From Eledone cirrhosa (lineage: Eukaryota): 64,000 nucleotides of DNA. The stretch spans positions 292,640,001 through 292,704,000 of the forward strand of contig OZ024740.1 of assembly GCA_964016885.1 (NCBI GenBank), in the 5' to 3' direction. The position numbers and the translations under genes are program-made. The notes below the pieces were generated by a model, which saw nothing but the letters and a program-made list of their open reading frames with translations, did no database searches and was not told where the DNA came from. This document shows, piece by piece, positions 13,271 through 26,718 of this stretch. The stretch's first letter is position 1. Every line of letters starts with the position of its first letter.

Positions 13271-13348
13271 GCGTCTGAAATAAAGAGGAATCCTTGCATA
13301 AAACTTCACTATTCACAAGTGTTTTTTAAGCTTCATATCATGTCTCCC

Positions 13349-13419
13349 TATTTTATCTGATGAGAACGCAGATATCATCCCATGATGATATTTGTTTTTG
13401 AAATGCGCATAATAAAATA
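13349..13419 (+). ncRNA. Minimal type I hammerhead ribozyme motif
   Basis: TATTTTAT-CTGATGA-[GAACGCAGATATCATC CCAT GATGATATTTGTTTTT]-GAAA-T-GCGC-ATA/ATAAAATA; perfect 8-bp helix I. Confidence 0.82.
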
Positions 13420-13509
13420 CTTGGAACTCTTTTAACCATCTTTTGATCTTATATTATATATATATATAGAGAGAGAGAGAGAAAGAGAAAGGATGATGAT
13501 GATGATGAT

Positions 13510-13847
13510 GATCATCATCATCATTTTACGTCCGCTTTTCCCTGCTTGCAAGGGTGGGACGGGAACTGATTCTGGCTTGATTTCTACAGCTGGATGCCCT
13601 TCCTAACACCAACCTCATTTACAGTGAGTGCTGGGTGCTTTTTTGCCGTGGCACCTCCACGACCACTTTGCAGTGGAATGATAGGGAACCCAGTCCCTAT
13701 CATCTCATTTCTACAGCTGAGTAAACTGGAGCAATGTGAAATAAAGTGTCTTGCTCAAGGAAACAACACATCACCCGGTCTGAGAATTGAACTCACAACC
13801 TTTCGATTGCAAGGCCAATGCTCTAACCACTAAGCCATGTGCCTCCA
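13510..13847 (-). mobile_element. tRNA-derived SINE (family A) with RTE-derived tail
   Basis: Head GGAGGCACATGGCTTAGTGGTTAGAGC...GAGTTCAATTC (A/B boxes), core CCTTGAGCAAGACACTT, tail ...GCGGACGTAAAA(TGA)n; near-identical copies elsewhere in the window. Confidence 0.88.
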
Positions 13848-14759
13848 TATATATATATATATATACACAGAGCCATCTGTTCAGTTGTCAACCAAAATTA
13901 GATTGTCGTCCGCTTTGTTTGAAATTTCTTTATGTATATTTCTAATAAGTTGTTGCCTCGTTTTGGAGGGCTGAGTTGTGGGAGGAAGGGTTTAACATAT
14001 AGTAGTAGTATCTCCTCTTCCCCCTCTCTCGCTGAAATGTCTTCTCTTTCCTCCTCCAATGTAAAGATGTCCCCAGGGATTCCATTATTGATTATTATTG
14101 AAATCCAATTAGCCAGTCCTGTTTCTGAATATTAGCTTATCATGTGTGTAAATTTTCATCAGGATCGGATCACTGGTGTAGGCCCCAACTGGTTATACAC
14201 AGATACAAAGACAGACAGACATTTGTGGGAACAGTCTTCCACCACTCCTTCCAGTGAGTCCTGTCAGAAGCAACTGTCTCCAATAGATCTGGCTGGATCC
14301 CCAAGCGAGACCAACCAAGCTCATAAATGTTATCCAACCAACTTGCTCAGGGTCTACCCCTGGGTCTCCTGTTATTTGGTTCTGCCCGTAAGATCTGTCC
14401 ATTAATTCTTTCCTGAGACATTCTAACCATACACACACACATATATATATATACATATATATATAGCAAAATGAGCATAACAAGGACAAAACCACATAAA
14501 AGACACGGGCATACAAAAAACAATGCTTGCCTCTTCAGCCACCAACTGTATTTGATGCATACGGTGGGACCAGTACCTTCTGCTGCATCAGTAGCTTATA
14601 TGGCTCTAGCTACGAGTAAATAGACAAACTGAGAAAGGAATATTTATTCGTAGATATACATGTACACACACTCTAACATAAATTGGTCTGTATTGCGATT
14701 ATTTTTATTTAAACAGAATCAATGTTAGAAATAAAACTTTTATGTGATAAGAGACTTAC

Positions 14760-14872
14760 TTTCCAGTAGTTTGGTTGACAGTTACCTGCATGCCACTTCT
14801 TCCACATTGTTATTGATTTATTTGTATGTAAATCTGATTCCTTAAATCCCATTCGAAGAGCAAATTTTGTAG
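14760..14872 (-). CDS. AGA: AGA coding exon 4
   Basis: TAG acceptor, (A)TKFALRMGFKESDLHTNKSITMWKKWHAGNCQPNYWK, donor AAA|GTAAGT; 113 nt. Confidence 0.96.
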
Positions 14873-14986
14873 CTAGAACAGAATCAATGTGTAAGTATAT
14901 TAAATATTTACTAGTTTAATTAATTTTAAAATAAAAAAAAACAAATACAAGATTATATTCTCCATCCATACAACTGAGATGATTTT

Positions 14987-15023
<37 letters not shown>

Positions 15024-17269
15024 ATAATAATAAATTTGAAGACTAAAATCCAAAGAGGGCTCGATAAGGATAAATATATATAAGAACCGTAGAGCAAATA
15101 TTTATTAAAATAACAGATTAAAGTTTAAGCAAAGAATCGCTGCTTTCACCCTTAACGGGATCTTCTGAAACTAAAAAAGTAAATCTGTGAATGCAGAAGT
15201 AAATATTTCAAAAAATGTTGCAACCGGAGGAAGACAGGAAGACGATACTTCGGTTCAAGGAAACGTCCCCTGGCAAAGAACGGGAAAAAACGAAAATAAT
15301 ACGTCATTATTTGGAGAGGTGAAAAACAATTACATGCAAAGACAAAACCATGTTTATGGTATAAAAGAAGTCGTAGACTAATATTCTCTTAGGTGGTTCA
15401 TGGAGACGTTCTCATAGACTAAAATTCTAACTAGGAAACCGAATGATTCTCGGCTTCAGAGTTAAGAATAAAGTAAATAAAATACAGAGGTAATTGAAAT
15501 TAAATAAATACATACACGCATCCATATACGTACATACACAAGCATATGTGAAAACACTCACCATAGGTATACAAATACAAGCACGTACAAAAAAAAAAAA
15601 AAAAAAAAAAATATGTGTGTGTGTATATGTGGTGGAAATAAAGCAAATGATACAGTACATTGAAGAAATATATTAGTTTAACACTTGAAATAATAGGAAA
15701 AGAGTCTTAGTTTCAGACATAAAATAGAAAGATAACAAGGAACAGGGGAAAAAAAATGAGAGAAAAACACAAGTGCGTATTCAGTCAGCCATTTTGTGTA
15801 TATATATAAAAAAGGTGGGTGGAAAGAAACGCCCTATTTAAAATTAAAAACTTTTAAATTATTGGTCGATTTTCCTTTTGAACAGTTTAATGGCACATGT
15901 ACAGTACTGTGCTAAAATTCTACATAGACACAAGCATTGTCTACCAGTGTTTGTAATCATCTGAGTATATCCTTGACTGATTTCATCAGGAACTCATGTG
16001 AAATGTGTGGTCAGTATATCACAAATGCGTTCCTCCAAATGAGAGTTTTTCGTTCTTAGCTAGAAACTTCCTCCTTTGCCCACCCCAACAGGAAAAAAAT
16101 CACATTCCGTCAAACCAGGGCTTCTTGCTGGCCATTCATGTGGACCTCAATGACCTGGCCAATGTCCTGGAAATTCAACATCAAGCCACTCACAGACAGT
16201 ATGTGTAAAATGAGGAGGGGGCCCAATCTTGCATGAATATGAGGTCATTGATGTTGTGTCAAGTGGTCACAGTAGGACAAAACTCTTCTTGTAGCATGGT
16301 TAGGGAGTTTTTGTCCATCCACCGGAGTAAATATGGTGACTTAATAGTTAGTTACCTTGTAGGTGTCATGATAAAAAGCACCCAGTTCACTCTGCAAATT
16401 AGTCACCCAGTAGGTATCACGATAAAAAGCAGCCAGTCCACTCTGTAAATTAATTAACCTGTAGGTATCACAATAAAAAGCACTCAGTTCACTCTGTAAA
16501 TTAGTCACCCAGTAGGTATCAAAATAAAAAGCAGTCAGTCCACTCTGTAAATTAGGTAACCTGTAGGTATCACAATAAAAAGCACCCAGTCCACTCTGTA
16601 AATGTGGTTGATGTTAGGAAGGGCATCCAGCTGTAGAAACCAGGCCAAAATCAGTTTTGTATGAGCAAGACATGGTCATCTGATCTAGCTTGGCTCACAA
16701 CAGGGCAACTTGTCTAACCCATGCTAGCATGGAAAAATAGACATTAAGCAGTGATGATGATGATATTTATATTAATAGCGTTTTTTAAGTATCAACATGT
16801 GGTTTGAATTTAAACAGAAAATGCCTACATATGTATTCATTTTTCACTCAAGTTATTGTAAGTACATGATTATATGTTATACATGGACGGTATCACTAAA
16901 TACATCTAACACCATAGTGAACAACATCACACATACCTTACAAATTATTATTCATAGTGACTTTTATTTTTGCTTAATTTCTGCTCTCTCTAACAATTTT
17001 CACTGCATAACTTGTAGAAACTTCTGGTGTCCATGGCTTCAGGACCACCTCCTTACTCACCACCATCGGCACAGAGTTGGCCACCCAAAGGCCTTGTAAG
17101 CTGGAATGGCTCTTCCAGCGCGTCTCCCTCACCATCCTATGAAGAAATGCCTTCTCTATTCCGTCTGCTGAAGCTGTGGGGCAGCCAACTCGTGAGACCT
17201 CATTTGTTCATAATAGTGAGAGCGGGAGAGATGGAGGCAGTGACAGTGGGAGTTTAGTTGCATTGTGTT

Positions 17270-17958
17270 GGAGGCACATGGTTTAGTGGTTAGAGCATTG
17301 GCCTTGCAATCGAAAGGTTGTGAGTTCAATTCTCAGACCAGGTGATGTGTTGTTTCCACCTTGAGCAAGACACTTTATTTCACATTGCTCCAGTTTACTC
17401 AGCTGTAGATATGAGATGATAGGACTAGGGTCCCTATCATTCCACTGCAAAGTGGTCGTGGAGGTGCCACGGCAAAAAAGCACCCAACCCACAATGTAAA
17501 TGCGGTTGGTGTTAGGAAGGGCATCCAGCTGTAGAAATCAAGCCAGAATCAGTTCCCGTCCCACCCTTGCAAGCAGGGATAAGCGGACGTAAAATGATGA
17601 TGATGATGATGATGATGTGCTCAGACCTGGTGTATATGTATATATTTATTTACCACAGCTGAAGCATATAGACAATATGCCCCCACACGCCCCACTGCAA
17701 GGTGGTCGTGGAGGTGCCACGGCAAAAAAGCACCCAGCCCACACTGTAAAGTGGACGTGTAGGCGCCACGAAAAAGCACCCAGCACTCACTGTAAATGAG
17801 GTTGGTGTTAGGAAGGGCATCCAGCTGTAGAAATCAAGCCAAATCAGTTCCTGTATGAGCAAGGCATGGTCAGCCGACCAGGCACTGCCCACAACAGGAC
17901 AACCCGTCTAACTCATGCTAGCGTGGAAGAACAGACGTAAAACGGTGATGATGATGAC
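17270..17958 (+). mobile_element. SINE family A copy followed by a second tail-bearing element
   Basis: Same head/core/tail as 13510-13847, then a 48-bp-unit element ending in (GAT)n. Confidence 0.85.
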
Positions 17959-18466
17959 CACACCACATTAACTGCATATTTGAAAGTGTTATTAATTACC
18001 TAAGCCACTTTTCCCTTTTATTTTTAAATGTCATTTATCATAAGACTCACTTACCTCCTCCACAATACTTAAATTTACCTGTCTTTCTCACCAGTTTTTT
18101 TCTTGAATATGGTGACATAATAATTAGTTACACTGTAGTTGTCATGATAAAAAGCACCCAGTCCACTCTGTAAATTAGTCACCCTGTAGGTGTCATGATA
18201 AAAAGCTTGTGTAATAATATGATTTCTTCTTTAGGCACACAGCCAGCAATTTGGGGGAGGGGAAAAGTCGATTAAATCAACCCCAGTGCATTACTGGTAC
18301 TTTGATGAAAGACAAAGCTAACGTCGGTGGGATTTGAACTCAGAACATAAAGGGGCATAACTCTATGCCGCAAAGCACAGTGTCCGACACTCTACCGATT
18401 TTACCAATCCGCCACCCTTTATTGTGTAATAACATAAAGGGGCCACGTGCCTCATGTAACTAATTC

Positions 18467-18586
18467 TGTTTCCTGATGAGCTTCCAAGAGATGTTTATAT
18501 CCCTTCATCAATATAATTAATAAAGTGACTAATTGATTTAGTCAATTGGTGTTGTATCTCTCTTAATCGAAACATTTGTAGAAATA
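18467..18586 (+). ncRNA. Decayed hammerhead motif with long stem II insertion
   Basis: TGTTTC-CTGATGAG...about 90 nt...CGAAAC-ATTT-GTA/GAAATA; helix I pairs, base of helix II imperfect. Confidence 0.5.
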
Positions 18587-18904
18587 AATGATTTTAACTG
18601 AGTAAAGCATTTAGTTACTTCCTCTGAAATAAATATTTATACTCTAGGATGTCCATGGTCTTCAACTACCAGTATTGTACCCCACGGATTACACCCTGGA
18701 TTTTATGACTTGCATAAAATCTAAAATAACACATTGACCTAAATAACACATTGAGCTTTAATACACCTTGATAAAATAAGAATTGATATATCCACTTTCA
18801 ATTATACTTCAACTATATATATATATACAAATAAAAGGCAGAGTTAATAACTCATATTGATATCCTGTAATTAACAAGCTCAAAGTATAAATACTGAGCA
18901 TTGT

Positions 18905-19087
18905 CGATTGGCAGTATCGGTAGAGGGTCGGACGCCATGCTTTCCAGCATAGTTACGTCCCTTTACGATCTGAGTTTAAATCCCGCCGAGGTTGACTTTG
19001 CCTTTCATCCTTACGAGGTCGATAAAATAAAGTACCAGTAATGCACTGGGTAATTGCTGGCCTTGTGCCAAAAGTAGAAACAATTAT
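18905..19087 (+). mobile_element. tRNA-derived SINE (family B)
   Basis: GGCAGTATCGGTAGAGGGTCGGACGCC...GAGTTtAAATCCCGCCGAGGTTGACTTTGCCTTTCATCCTTACGaGGTCGATAAAATAAAGTACCAG...AGAAACAATT; other copies near 7190, 24530, 25205, 26720, 28530, 36970, 43945, 44180. Confidence 0.85.
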
Positions 19088-20024
19088 ATAATAATATATG
19101 TAGTAATAAACGATAATAGACACACGATTTACTGTGTTTATTACTACATATATATATATCATCATCATTGTTTAACGTCTATCTTCCATGCTAGCATGGG
19201 TTAGATGGGAATTGTCCCACTTGAGGAAAGATTGATCGGGTGACCGTGTCTCACTAGGGTGGACCAAAAGTCGCAATACATAGGAAAAATAATAATTTTT
19301 TTATACAAAACAATTTATTCATATAACATGCTTTACATGGAAACCTAAACATGTAATTATCTTTCCTATGTATTTACCCTGTGTGTATATATATATTAAA
19401 GTGTGTAATCGTAAATGGTTTAAATCTTCTGCTTAGCCGATGATCCAAGATTCACCGATTAATGGTAGAATATATTTCTTCAGTGGAATATATACAAAGG
19501 AGATTAATCATTATTGCAAGGTATCTATATTCAAAGTTCTTGTTTAATTTTTTATATGTTACCCCCGTAACTATTTGTGGTTACACTCTTTACAAATTAT
19601 CCCCTGTAATTGTTTGATGCGTTTATTTTATATATATATATATCATCCTACTTTTCATTTAATATAAATGCTCGGATTTACTACTTGGAAAATCTTTGAG
19701 CATATTCCACAGGTGGTATGGTGCATGATTTTGATATTCTCAGACATGACATCCTTAATATAATTTTGGTATATATATATATATATACCAAAATTATATA
19801 TATATATATGCTACATGGCATATGCATTAATAATATATTTTCAAACTATACAGCTAATCTATAAATATAATATGGCAGGACAGTCCTTATGGGGAACCTA
19901 TGACTACTTGAGCAGAGCTTACCTGGATTCAACAACAACAAACAGACCAATGTTTGAAACATTATTAAAATAAAAAGTCTGAAAAAGAAAGAGCTAAGTT
20001 AAATCTATCATTCAGTAATTTTAC

Positions 20025-20137
20025 CTGCATCTCCAACAAGCAATGTGTGTTGGGTGTACTCCATCACTGCACGGGCTACAGATATTGCTGGCTTTACTCT
20101 TCTTAGATCACCAACTGCTCCAACAGCATGAGTGATT
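20025..20137 (-). CDS. AGA: AGA coding exon 3
   Basis: TAG acceptor, [37 protein letters not shown], donor G|GTAA; 113 nt. Confidence 0.96.
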
Positions 20138-20177
20138 CTAGAGGATTGAAAAATATATAAAAATGATATATGTATAT

Positions 20178-21101
20178 TTATGAAGAGTGAACCGAGCTAA
20201 GACAAAAGTGTTGATGAGTAGAAAAGAGGACAAAACTTTGATTCCATCAGGGAAATGGCCATGTTCGATATGCAGAAAAGGAACTGGCATAAATTCTAAT
20301 GCACACAATGCACACAACAATGCAGATCCTGGGTACACAAGAGATGTAGCGGGATAGCAGGCAAACTAACAGGTAGGGAGAAATATGTATGCAGTAGATG
20401 TACAGGGAAATTAGACAGTAGAAGTCGCACTGATAGACACATTTTTCAAATGCAGGCGGGCGCTATAGAAGTGGTGGATAGCTTCCGGTACTTAGGAGAT
20501 CAGATTAGCATGGGAGGGGGGGGGGTGTTCCGAGGCCATAGTATCTAGAATAAGGACGGGTTGGAAGAAGTTTAGGGAGCTGCTTCCTCTGCTGACGAAG
20601 AAGGGTTTCTCCCTGCGTACGAAAGGCCGGTTATATGATGCCTGTGTGAGGAGCGCGATGCTGCATGGTAGTGAGACATGGGCAGCAACTGCAGAGGATA
20701 TGCGACAGCTGGAGAGAAATGAGGCAAGCATGCTCTGTTGGATGTGCAATGTAAATGTGCGTGAACGACCCAGCATGAATGTGTTGAGAGAGAAACTGTG
20801 TCTGAGAGGGATAGAATGTAGTGTACGGGAGAGGAGACTGAGGTGGTATGGAGATGTGATGCGCATGGAGGATGACCGATGGGTGAAGAAGTGCCAGGAA
20901 ATGCCAGTTGAAGGAAGACGTGGTAGAGGTAGACCACGAAAAACATGGGCGGAGGTGGTGAGAACAGACCTCAGATCGTTGAAGCTCACGGTGGAGATGA
21001 CGAGGGACCGTGACGAGTGGAGAGATGCTGTGTTGAATAAGACCCGTCCCACCCTTGCAAGCAGGGAAAAGCGGACGTATGATGATGATGATGATGATGA
21101 T
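20178..21101 (+). mobile_element. 5'-truncated RTE LINE (second family)
   Basis: MLHGSETWAATAEDMRQLERNEASML...RRLRWYG...GRPRKTW; (GAT)n tail; sister fragments at 28120-28515 (-) and 63711-64000 (+). Confidence 0.9.
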
Positions 21102-21552
21102 TTATATAAAATTGCGAAAAGTGTTAGTTGTTAGAGTGTTGCATTCACAATCGTAAGCTTGTGAGTTCGATTCTCGGTCCGGGTGATGCGTTGTGTTCTT
21201 GAGCAAGACACTTTATTTCACATAGCTTCAGTTTACTCAGCTGTAGAAATGTGTTACACATTAAAACATGGTGGAAATCTTAAACAAGGAATTTATATTT
21301 AACTTCCATCTCATATTTAACCCGTTAGCATTTACCTTACTACTGTATTTTTGCAGTAAAGGCTTTATCTCACATAATATGGAATATTGTTTACTAGCTC
21401 GCCCGTCCGGCTGGGTATACCTGCCCCCACCACTCCACTGCAAAGATACCACATACCTTCCCGTGTCACATTGTCCTTCCGACTTCGTAGCAAAGGGGAG
21501 GCACTACCGTAGAAATGAGTTTAAAAAGAAAGAGTTAAGCTGTGTTGTTAAT

Positions 21553-21585
<33 letters not shown>

Positions 21586-22446
21586 TACAACCGTCAACTT
21601 TATAAGTATAGATATGTGTGTGTGTGTGTGTGTGTTCGTGTATGTGTGTTTGTGCATGTGTGTGTCTGTGTGTTTTGTTTTGATGTTATCCGGCAATTGG
21701 CGAAATCAGGTGTGAAAGTATGTGTATTTGTGTGTGTGTGTGTGTGTGTTACTTATGCGAGCGATGACAGATGAAAGATATACCACGGAAATGAACGTTA
21801 TTTTTCAATCACCGCTACATTTGATTATACACATTGTTTATTTCAAAATTATTTTAATGCCGATACTTGATTTAACGTCATTGGAAATTCGGTCACTTGC
21901 TGGTCCCCCTCTGTCTCTCTCTGAATAACTAACACTTTAATTGTATCTCTCTCTGTCTAACGGCCTATCTCTTTTCCCCTCCCTCTGTTTTTCTGTCTCT
22001 CTCTGTAGATGTGTGTGTGTAGTTTTCCTAATCTTTCTCTAAATTTCTCTCTCTCTGTATGTGTATATATTGAAGGGAGATAAGGAAACTAAAACAGTGT
22101 TGTCATATAGAGAGTGAAGAGCAACAGAGAGAGTAAAGCAGATAAATTATAGAGAGGGGGAATGATCTATTATAGAGAGAGGGAGGCGCAACGGAGAGAG
22201 TAAAGCTAAGAAACTATAGGGAGGTGTGTAGGATACATACGACACTCAGCTTTATAATATTATAGATTTTGAGAACATTACCCTAACATTGGTATAAGCG
22301 GCCAGTTATGGCCTTTGAACAGAAAGAGGTGAGAGAATTCTGGCTAGATATGGCTGGTTTAAATGCTAAAGGGTTAAATATAACAAATTACATTATTAAT
22401 AAGGAGATAAATAGAGGAATATTAGTTGAAATGAAATACATGTTAC

Positions 22447-22606
22447 CCATCCATTATCATAGCATCAAGGGTTGTTTCACCATTTTCATCTGGTGATCCA
22501 CCATATCCAACAGTTGAACCACATTCTCGATACAAGTCACACATTGAACATCCTAATTCAACAGCATCTAAAGCAGATTTTCCTTTACTGTTGACCACAT
22601 TCCAAG
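22447..22606 (-). CDS. AGA: AGA coding exon 2
   Basis: AAG acceptor, (A)[53 protein letters not shown], donor GG|GTAACA; 160 nt, phases fit neighbouring exons. Confidence 0.96.
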
Positions 22607-22964
22607 CTTAAAAACAAAAATATAGAGATATGATGATATGTTTGGAACACAGCGAGTGAAGTTTTAAGATTGAAACAGAAATAGAAGTGACATTGTAACA
22701 TTGACTACATAATATAGTCTAATAATTGTTTATTTAGGCACAAGGCCAACAAATTTAGGAATGGGAAAGTTGATTAAATCGATCCCAGTATTGGTATTTC
22801 ATTTTATTGACCCTGAAAGGCAAAGCTAACTTCAGCAAAATTTGAACTCGAAGCGTAAAGAGACGTAACTCTATACTGCGAAGCATACTGCCAAATAGGG
22901 CATATAAAGCTACTAATTGAAAAACCCATGTGTTGATACTCATCTTTTTACATTCAGTGGGTTA

Positions 22965-23425
22965 ATGCACTGCATTCTGAGTTCAAATCCCGCCGAGGTT
23001 GACTTTGCCTTTCATCCTTACGGGGTCAATAAAATAAAGTACCAGTAATGCACTGGGTAATTGCTGGCCTTGTGCCTAAAGTAGAAACAATTATTTGACC
23101 ATTCAAATCCCGCCGAGGTTCACTTTGCCTTTCATTCTTACAGGGTCGATAAAATAAAGTACCAGTAATACATTGGGTAATTGCTGGCCTTGAGCCAAAA
23201 GTAGAAACAATTATTTGACTATATTATGTAGTCAAGGGCGGTGGATTGGCAGTATTGGTAGAAGGTCGGACGCCATGCTTTGCAGCACAGTTACGTCCCT
23301 TTACGATTTGAGTTCAAATCCCGCCGAGGTTGACTTTGCCTTACATCCTTACGGGGTCAATAAAATAAAGTACCAGTAATGCACTGGGTAATTGCTGGCC
23401 TTGTGCCTAAAGTAGAAACAATTAT
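22965..23425 (+). mobile_element. Three tandem copies of SINE family B (two 5'-truncated)
   Basis: TTCAAATCCCGCCGAGGTT...GTAGAAACAATTAT repeated at about 22982, 23102 and 23313. Confidence 0.85.
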
Positions 23426-26400
23426 GTAGTCAATGTTACGGCGATGCTTTTATTTCTATTTCAGTTCTAAGAGGAATGATAGTTATCTCATGCCAAATCT
23501 CCTACCTTCTGATACGCCCATCCAATAAAATATGGCTTCTCCTGCTATCATTCACCAAAAAACATCAGTTACTCTTCTGTCAAGCTTTTCAATTTCTCCC
23601 TATTGTCTATATCTCCCTTACAAATCCTTGGCTTTCATTTCATCCTTTATTATCTTTCGCCTTCCTCCACTTCCTTCCATCACTCTTCTCACCCAGTCAT
23701 TTTCATCCTTCCTCAACACATGACTCAACCATTTCATATTATTTCTCTTCACAACATTCACCACTGCCTCTAATCACATTATCCTCTACAATTCATTGTT
23801 GGTCTTCCTCTCTCTTAGTGATACACCACTTATCCACTGGATCATTCTCATTTCTGTTCTTTCCACCCTTCATTGCTGTTCCACATTTGTCCCCCATATT
23901 TCACTCCCATAAATCATGATAGTTCTCACACATGCAGCATACACCTTTTTTTCAGTTACAGTAACACTCTCTTTCTTCATTAGTAAACCACTCATTTCCT
24001 GGAAATTCTTCCATGCACCTCTTACTCAAGATACGGTTGTGCAGTGTGATCCACCATCTCCATTCAACATGTCTCCAAGATAACAAAATGTTTTCAGACC
24101 TATCATCACATGATGTCCCAGATCCAGCTAAACATCCTCCACATTTGCAGCTCCCTCTATACAAACTTTGTACTTAAATGTAGCTACTATGTTGATCCCT
24201 TCACACCTATATATGTGTCCATTGCAAATTATAGATTTAATGTCTAAATGCTAGAACAATAAAACAAAACTATTCAAAAGGAAAGACCATCTGCATATAT
24301 GAAAAGCTCAGTTTGTCTCCACAACTGTTACAGTCACTGCCAGTACATGTACAGTCACCCTACCCAACAAACAGCCACATATACGTCACTCTTGCCAAAC
24401 CATCTTAAAAACACAATCCACTCCACTCAGTGAAGACAAACATTTAAAAAATAGCAATAACATCTACATCAATAACTTAGAATTGAAATAGAAATGTTGC
24501 CATAACAATGACAACATAATACAGTTTAATAATTGTTTCTACTTTTGGCAGAAGGCCAGCAATTATCCCAGTACATTACTGGTACTTTATTTTATCGACC
24601 CCGTAAGGATGAAAGGCAAAGTTAACCTCGGCAGGATTTGAACTCAGATCAAAAAGGGGCATAACTCTATGCTGAAAGCATGTTGTCCGACCTTCTACCG
24701 ATACTGCCAAACCACAAGTTTAATAATGAGGTGTATAAAGCCACTGAACAGAAAAACAGTGGTTTTTCCATTCAGTGGGTTTATATGCCCCATTATTAGA
24801 CTATATTAACTTCACTCACAGGGTTTTAAACACATTTCCTTTCTTTGCCAATAACTTGCTTAGCTACAAGCCACAAACATTGTGCTAGAGTGTTCATAGG
24901 AGTGAACAACTATTCTGCTGAAGATTTCCTTACAATCTATAAGTATGTGTACCAGGTTAAACTGTACAGCAGAGGAAATATATTATGCTCAAACTTCCAG
25001 ATTGTAGTTTGTACAATAAACAATGTTATGTCAGCTGTGCAAAGGGGAATATGACTTAACTGGAATGTTGTATCTAGCTATCATGCTCATGTATAGAACT
25101 GACTTCTGGGTCAAGGCTGACTCAGCTACATAACACCAACATAAAATAAAGAAAAATTTACGTAACATAAATATTTGCAATTTATTATTTACATAATATA
25201 AGGCTGTAGAGTGGCAGAATCAGTAGAGGGTCGGACGCCATGCTTTGACGCAAAGAGTTACGTCCCTTTACGATCTGAGTTCAAATCCCGCCGAGGTTAA
25301 CTTTGCCTTTCATCCTTACGGGGGTCGATAAAATAAAGTACCAGTAATGTACTGGTTAATTGCTGGCCTTGTGCCAAAAGTAGAAACAAATATTTACATA
25401 ATATAAATATTTGAAATATATTTATGATATACAAGCATAGTACCCATAACAATAACAGGGTTTATAGTAAAAAAACATTTAATTTAATAATTTGATGATG
25501 AGGATGAAGAATTCCTTGATTACAGTATTCTATGTAAAAATATTTGAATCCTCAATTTTCTCTTGTCACTCCATATTCTGTAATTATTATGAAATATAAA
25601 TCCATTAAATTATGACTTTGTTCTAATGTATAAATGCATGTATTTTTTTTTTTTTGAGAAGGGCAGTGGAGTGTGAGACCCTTAGTCTTCATTAAGACAT
25701 CTCTTTAGGAGAAGGTCACTGATATAAAACCTGTGACTTCATTTGCATCCAATGATGTAGACCAGTTCTACTTTTTGGGTAAATGCATTAGATGTTCAGG
25801 GAGTGGGACTGGCTCCGTGCAAAGCCTTTCCTCACTTAAAAAAATCTTCAAGCACAGGCATTGCTTGATATGTGACAACTTTTGCATTGCATGGCATGGC
25901 TGGCCATAGGCAGCAAGAGTATGCAAGTCCCTAGCAGGACTTAAAAGCCACGTCAATGCCCTGAAATATATTGGGTAAAGCATTACATTGTTTTATTTTA
26001 TTTGTCATCCTTTGCCCTTTATATATTTTTAAGACTTGCCTTCCCATGCACACAGACTGAAGCACCACATCTGATCACAACAAAAAGCATCCAAACCACA
26101 CTGTCAAGTGGTCATGTAGGTGTCACAACAAAAAGCTCCCAGCCTACACTATAAAGTGTTCATGTAGGTGTCACAACAAAAAGCATCCAGTCCACACTGA
26201 AAAGTAATCATGAAGGTGTCATGACAAAAAGCACCCAGCACACTGTAAATGTGGTTGGCGTCGAAACCAAGCTAGAAACAGTTCTGTATGAGCAAGACAC
26301 AGTCAACTGACCCAACTTGCCTCAACCGAAATAACCCGCCTAACCCATGCTAGCATGGAAAATGGACGTTAAACAATGATGATGATGATGTACTGGCTTT

Positions 26401-26600
26401 CTGAAACTTATCAGTTATTTATTACATATACATACATAGTAGATACATATGCATATACATACATAATATCTTGCTATCTCTCAATGACATTAGGAGCAAG
26501 TCAGCAGGATGGAACCTGTTCTTCACTCTCTATATATATATATGGATGTATGCATATACATATATAATGTGTGTGTATATATATATATATATAATGTGTG

Positions 26601-26631
<31 letters not shown>

Positions 26632-26651
26632 ATATATATATTATGTGTATG

Positions 26652-26718
<67 letters not shown>

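Noticed and set aside
15935-15992. Minus-strand CTGATGA...CAAAC hammerhead-like motif (similar one at 3100-3145)
   Set aside because: GAAA box or helix I is broken; at most a decayed relic.
17270-17345. tRNA gene-like sequence (also at 42109, 13775, 55965, 21120, 27232)
   Set aside because: A/B boxes are SINE heads; there is no proper acceptor stem and each continues into SINE core and tail.
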